NCBI GenBank assembly: GCA_963816145.1
Contig: CAWFJP010000029.1
Location: forward strand, 430,723 to 494,722
DNA: 64,000 bases
Source: an uncultured delta proteobacterium
GTDB taxonomy: Bacteria > Desulfobacterota > Binatia > UBA9968
Reading direction: 5' to 3'
In this document: one piece after another, positions 59,864 through 64,000 of the stretch
Layout of the letters: every line of letters starts with the position of its first letter
How positions within the stretch are numbered: position 1 is the first letter of the stretch
The notes under the pieces: generated by a model
What the model saw: the letters and a program-made list of their open reading frames with translations, nothing else
Database searches by the model: none
Told to the model about the DNA's origin: nothing
Program-made: the position numbers and the translations under genes

Positions 59864-61603
59864 TCAATTGAGCGACACCTGGCTGCGCCGGCCGAACCAC
59901 CAGGCGATGAAGATGAGCGGCGCCAAGACCAACGTCATCAGTAGTGTCACGGCGGAAGCTTTGTTGATGCTGCCGCTGTACCAGTAGCTCCAAATGACAG
60001 CTGGCAAGGTGATGTTGTCATGGACGGCGAGGAACACCGCGACGGTCAGCTCGCGGTAAACCAACAACGCCGTCCAAATCCACACCGAGAAAAGGGTAGG
60101 CCGGATCAACGGAAACAACACTCGCCATGCGGTGCGGGCGGTGGACAGGCCGGAGACAAAAGCGGCTTCTTCAAGCTCGCGATGGATTTGCAACAACGAG
60201 CCGTTCAAGGCACGGGTGGCGAAGGCCAAGCGGGCCACCGTGTAGACGATCGCGATGATCCAGACCGAGCCATAGAGCGGTACTTTGGTACCGATGACGA
60301 AAAGCGCGAGCAACAGCGCGCCGATGGCGAGGATCACTTCGGGCAAGGCTTGCGGCAGAAAGGCACCGAATTCCAGCGCAAAACGCAGCCGGCTGCGCGA
60401 GCGCACGATCAACCAGGAGAGCGCGAAGGCGAGCAGGAGAACCGCGAGCGGCACCACCGCGACCAACAGGACAGTATTTTTCAAACCTCGCAACACCAGT
60501 TCCCAATCCATACCCTGAAAGTGAGTGAACGACAGGTTCTTCATGGCTTCGACCGAAGGCGGCACGAAGTAGGGTGTCAGCGCGGCATAGGCGATCAAGA
60601 GCAGCGGCAGCAGTTTTGAAAATAGCGCGTAAAGCAGGATAAACGCCCAAGCAAGCAGCGACCAACGGCCGAGCGGAATCAACGTCGGTTTATAACCTTT
60701 GCCGGTGACCACTTCGAAGCGGTGTCCCTGGCGCAGCACCTGGCTGTACCACAGCGTCAGTAGGCCGGCGACGACGATCATGAGAGCGCCGACGACGCCG
60801 GTAATACCATACTCGGGCAGGCCGGCGCCTTGGGGATGAACTTTTAAATAGATAAACGTGCTGAGCAGATAGACGCGATTACCCAACCCCAAAATCGCCG
60901 GGATGTCGAAAGTGGCGATACCGATGGTGAAGATGTAAATCACCGCCGCCAGAATTCCCGGCCGGGCCAGCGGTAAGGTGATGCGCCAAATGATTTTAGC
61001 GAAGCCCATGCCATGAACCCGCGCGGCTTCTTCGAGGGAGGGATTCATGGCGCGAAACATCTGCGAAGTTAATATGAACGCCAAGGCGGCGAGGCTCAAA
61101 CCTTGGACGAGACCCATGCCGACGGGTGTGGCGATATTGATCGGCCCGTCGTCGAGATTGAATAGATCGACCAGCCAGCGATTGACAAACCCGATCCGAG
61201 GATGGGCGATCAACGTCCAGCCCATGGCGGTGTAGATTCCTGGAATGAGCAAGCCCAGCGTCATGATTGCGTAAAGCAAAGTCTTTCCCGGCAGCGTGGT
61301 TCGTTCCACTAGCCAAGCGACGGGTAAGCCAAAGAACAGGGCGACCAACGTCGCGGTAATTGTGAAGATCAAAGTGTTGACAACGACACCGATGATAAAC
61401 GGGTCGGCAAACACTTCGCGGTAATTGGCCAGCGTGTAAATCGCGCTGGGAGTGCCCAGCGCGCCTTTCTGCACGCTCACCCAAAACATGGCGAGGACCA
61501 AGACGAGGATGACCGCCATCGGCAACGCGGCCAGCGACAGAAGAGCCGGGGAGGTCTGTGTGCCGGCGAGGAAGCCTCTTAAACGCGAAGTGTACGCAGT
61601 CAT
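59864..61603 (-). CDS. Fe3+/thiamine-type ABC transporter permease (duplicated TM domain)
   Basis: Two EAA loops (SLEEAARVHG, ELEEAAFVSG); VTGKG motif. Confidence 0.92.
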   Translation of the reverse strand: MTAYTSRLRGFLAGTQTSPALLSLAALPMAVILVLVLAMFWVSVQKGALGTPSAIYTLANYREVFADPFIIGVVVNTLIFTITATLVALFFGLPVAWLVERTTLPGKTLLYAIMTLGLLIPGIYTAMGWTLIAHPRIGFVNRWLVDLFNLDDGPINIATPVGMGLVQGLSLAALAFILTSQMFRAMNPSLEEAARVHGMGFAKIIWRITLPLARPGILAAVIYIFTIGIATFDIPAILGLGNRVYLLSTFIYLKVHPQGAGLPEYGITGVVGALMIVVAGLLTLWYSQVLRQGHRFEVVTGKGYKPTLIPLGRWSLLAWAFILLYALFSKLLPLLLIAYAALTPYFVPPSVEAMKNLSFTHFQGMDWELVLRGLKNTVLLVAVVPLAVLLLAFALSWLIVRSRSRLRFALEFGAFLPQALPEVILAIGALLLALFVIGTKVPLYGSVWIIAIVYTVARLAFATRALNGSLLQIHRELEEAAFVSGLSTARTAWRVLFPLIRPTLFSVWIWTALLVYRELTVAVFLAVHDNITLPAVIWSYWYSGSINKASAVTLLMTLVLAPLIFIAWWFGRRSQVSLN

Positions 61604-61610
61604 GAAGATT

Positions 61611-61697
61611 GGAGTAATGGAGCGGTGGAGTGATGGAGAAATGGGTTCGGAAGGGAGGGCGGCCCCAACACTCCATTACTCCAATACTCCATCACCC
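61611..61697. repeat. 8-bp tandem-inverted element (GGAGTAAT ... ATTACTCC) with inner GTTCGGAA
   Basis: ggagtaat ggagcggt ggagtgat gga ... ccaacact ccattact ccaatact ccatca. Confidence 0.88.
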
Positions 61698-61709
61698 CGG
61701 TTCGCTTGC

Positions 61710-62780
61710 CTACTTCTGCCTCAGGATGCCTTCCAGCTCTTTCTGGATCGCCGAGTAATCTTTGAACGACGCCAGCCACTCGGGGGAATTGATGATGATC
61801 TTGCCTTTGGCGGCGCGCACGCGGTCGAGTTCGCGCTTGGTTTGCGAACCGGAGAATAGATGCAGATCCAGGCCGTCGATGCGCCAGAGCAGTTCTTGGC
61901 CCTCGGCGCTCATGAGATAATGAATCAACAGCGCGCCGGCATTGGGTGAGCGCGAGTTTTTCGGCACGCCGGCATAACGCATATGCAGCACAGTGCCTTC
62001 TTCCATGACAGAATGGCCCACCGGCGCGCCGGTGCGCTTGGCGACGTTGACGTCGTTGCCGCCGCAGGTAAACGCCAGCATGATAAATTCGCCGCTAGTG
62101 ATGCGTTCGACTTCGCCGCAACGCATCAACCCGCCGATCTGTTTAGACAGTTTGCGCGTAAAGTCGACCATTTTCTCGCGGCCTAAGAAATCCGGCGTGG
62201 CGAACTCGCGCATACCGGCGGCGTAGGGGGTCGAGGCGATTTTACCCTTCCACTTGGGATTGAGCACGTCCTCGATGCGCTTGGGAATGTCGTTGCCCTT
62301 GACCGCGTTGGTGTTGTACTGCACCCCGACCACGGCGGTGGCGACTGCGACATGGGTGCCGTCGGCCGCGATCGGATTGAATTTGCCTTCGCTCGCGGGC
62401 TTGTCCAGGATGAATTGATTGTAGGTCATCGGCTTGAGCACCTTAGCATTCAGGCCATCGAGCATCGCCTGGGCATTGCCCAGATAGACGTCGGTGCTGG
62501 CTGGTTGGCCGGCGGCGGATTCCTGAATGACCCGCAGCATCAATGCCTGCATATCGGGACCCGGCGTGTACTGGCCTTTCAAGTCGAGCTTGTATTTTTT
62601 GTTCATGTTGGCGACGATTTCCTTGAAACCTTCGCTGCCGCCGAAGCTCGCCTGGCCCCATTGGCCGCGCAGCACGCCTTCTTTGCGCGCGCCTTCGATC
62701 AGTTCGGCAAGGGTCGTGGCTTTGGCTTGGGCGCCAAAGCATGCCAGGGCGAAAACAAGTGCTGCCAGTCTAACGATCAT
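61710..62780 (-). CDS. ABC transporter substrate-binding protein (Fe3+-type cluster)
   Basis: Signal peptide; GARKEG, YNTN, LNPKWKGKI, PNAG.L and SAEGQ motifs. Confidence 0.88.
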   Translation of the reverse strand: MIVRLAALVFALACFGAQAKATTLAELIEGARKEGVLRGQWGQASFGGSEGFKEIVANMNKKYKLDLKGQYTPGPDMQALMLRVIQESAAGQPASTDVYLGNAQAMLDGLNAKVLKPMTYNQFILDKPASEGKFNPIAADGTHVAVATAVVGVQYNTNAVKGNDIPKRIEDVLNPKWKGKIASTPYAAGMREFATPDFLGREKMVDFTRKLSKQIGGLMRCGEVERITSGEFIMLAFTCGGNDVNVAKRTGAPVGHSVMEEGTVLHMRYAGVPKNSRSPNAGALLIHYLMSAEGQELLWRIDGLDLHLFSGSQTKRELDRVRAAKGKIIINSPEWLASFKDYSAIQKELEGILRQK

Positions 62781-62797
62781 GACGGTCCTCCTGTGAT

Positions 62798-63871
62798 TTA
62801 CGGATTACGGCGGGAAAAGACCATGATGTCCGCCGCGTCCACTGTAAATTGTGTCGATCCGCTTGTGTTCTCTGGTAAAGTTCGATTCTTGCCCATCAAT
62901 TGCCGGTCGTTGGCTTGGGCGCAATAGGTATATTGATCGCCGAGAAAGGTGCTCGAAACCAACTTGCCATTGAAGCAGTTAGTTCGGCTGTTGCCGTTGG
63001 CGACCCGTAGATTTTCCGGTCGAAAGCCGAGACGAATCTTTTGCCCCGGCTTGGCAGCGGACTCGACTTGGAGCTTGCCGATGGGCGAGTCGGCAATACC
63101 TGGGGCAACGATCTCGCCGTCGAGCCAGTTGACCGAACCGAAGAAATCGGCGACATCGGCGTTGTTGGGTTTGTGATAGATCTGCGCCGGCGTGCCGACC
63201 TGCAACAATTCGCCGGCTTGCATGAGGGCGATCTTGTCGGCGATAGCCATCGCTTCGATTTGATCGTGGGTGACGTAGAGGACGGTGGAGCCCAACTGTT
63301 TAGCCAGATCGCGAATTTTGCCGCGGACGTCTTCGCGTAGACGAGCGTCGAGGTTGCTCAGCGGCTCGTCCATCAACAATAACCGTGAGCTGACCGCAAT
63401 GGCGCGCGCCAGGGCGACGCGCTGCTGTTGTCCGCCGCTCAGCAAGGTTGCCGGACGGTCCGCCTGTTCTTCCAGCTGAACTAAGCGGAGCGCTTCGTTG
63501 ACCCGTCTGGCGACTTCGCTCTTGGCGATGCGCTGGGCGCCTTCGGCCAGCGGCAAGGCGATGTTTTGCGATACCGAGAGATGAGGCCAGACGGCGTAGG
63601 ATTGAAATACCATGCCGAGCTTGCGCTGCTGCGGCGCGACCCAAGTGGGCGGGCTATCCGACGAAACGACCTTGCCATCGATGCGCACCTCGCCGCCGTC
63701 GGGAACTTCCAGCCCGGCGATGCAGCGCAGCAGTGTGGTTTTTCCCGAACCGCTGGCACCGACGATGACGAACAGCTCGCCTTCGGCGACTTCCAAGTCG
63801 AGCGATTTGATCGCGGCGACCACGCCGTCGCTGACGGTGAACCGTTTGTGCAAGCGGCGGATGGAAATCAT
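62798..63871 (-). CDS. ABC transporter ATPase (FbpC/PotA-like)
   Basis: GASGSGKTT, MVFQSYAVWPH, LSGGQQQRVALARA, DEPLSNLD and YVTHDQ motifs. Confidence 0.95.
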   Translation of the reverse strand: MISIRRLHKRFTVSDGVVAAIKSLDLEVAEGELFVIVGASGSGKTTLLRCIAGLEVPDGGEVRIDGKVVSSDSPPTWVAPQQRKLGMVFQSYAVWPHLSVSQNIALPLAEGAQRIAKSEVARRVNEALRLVQLEEQADRPATLLSGGQQQRVALARAIAVSSRLLLMDEPLSNLDARLREDVRGKIRDLAKQLGSTVLYVTHDQIEAMAIADKIALMQAGELLQVGTPAQIYHKPNNADVADFFGSVNWLDGEIVAPGIADSPIGKLQVESAAKPGQKIRLGFRPENLRVANGNSRTNCFNGKLVSSTFLGDQYTYCAQANDRQLMGKNRTLPENTSGSTQFTVDAADIMVFSRRNP

Positions 63872-63930
63872 CGGATTGTAGTCTGTGCGATAAGTGAACT
63901 CGGTGTGGGCTGGTGCGGATCGAAGCCTTT

Positions 63931-63990
63931 GGTTTTGGGTTTCGAGTTCCGGGTTTCGTGCGAACCCAAAACTCAAAACCCAAAACGGAA
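63931..63990. repeat. 7-bp tandem-inverted element (GTTTTGG/GTTTCGA ... AACCCAA/AACTCAA)
   Basis: gttttgg gtttcga gttccgg gtttcg ... cgaacccaa aactcaa aacccaa aac. Confidence 0.8.
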
Positions 63991-64000
63991 TTTTCAGTGA

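Overview
Chromosomal, GC-rich bacterial window with no prophage, integrase, transposase, CRISPR array or rRNA. Gene content and style suggest a deltaproteobacteria-like lineage, possibly Ca. Binatota (inference only). The left half is mostly accessory or metabolic: a partial BrnT toxin, leuCD, a LIV-type ABC operon, a family III CoA transferase, VOC/cupin genes, an ECF42-type sigma factor with its DGPF/VOC/BNR/MoaD cluster, IDH, a chromate transporter pair, RNase D, an HpaB-like oxygenase and hrpB. The right half is mostly core: rarA, ffh-rpsP-khpA-rimM-trmD-rplS, groESL, a peptidoglycan-recycling trio, folK, dapL, tRNA-fMet, coaD, rsmD, ftsY-smc, an HNH nuclease, Rne/Rng and an Fe3+-type ABC transporter. 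Four signals stand out. (1) A zinc-ribbon protein whose N-terminus aligns without gaps to the inhibitory helix of mitochondrial IF1 lies next to a FAM173/ATPSc-KMT-like methyltransferase. (2) About 16 intergenic elements are built from 7-9 bp tandem repeats in inverted arrangement; several families share termini and an inner TTCGGA core. (3) A DnaA-box cluster with an AT-rich core at about 40.0-40.25 kb, with no dnaA in the window. (4) An NrdR-box/DnaA-box/NrdR-box array upstream of smc. Three genes carry small indels that are probably sequencing errors.
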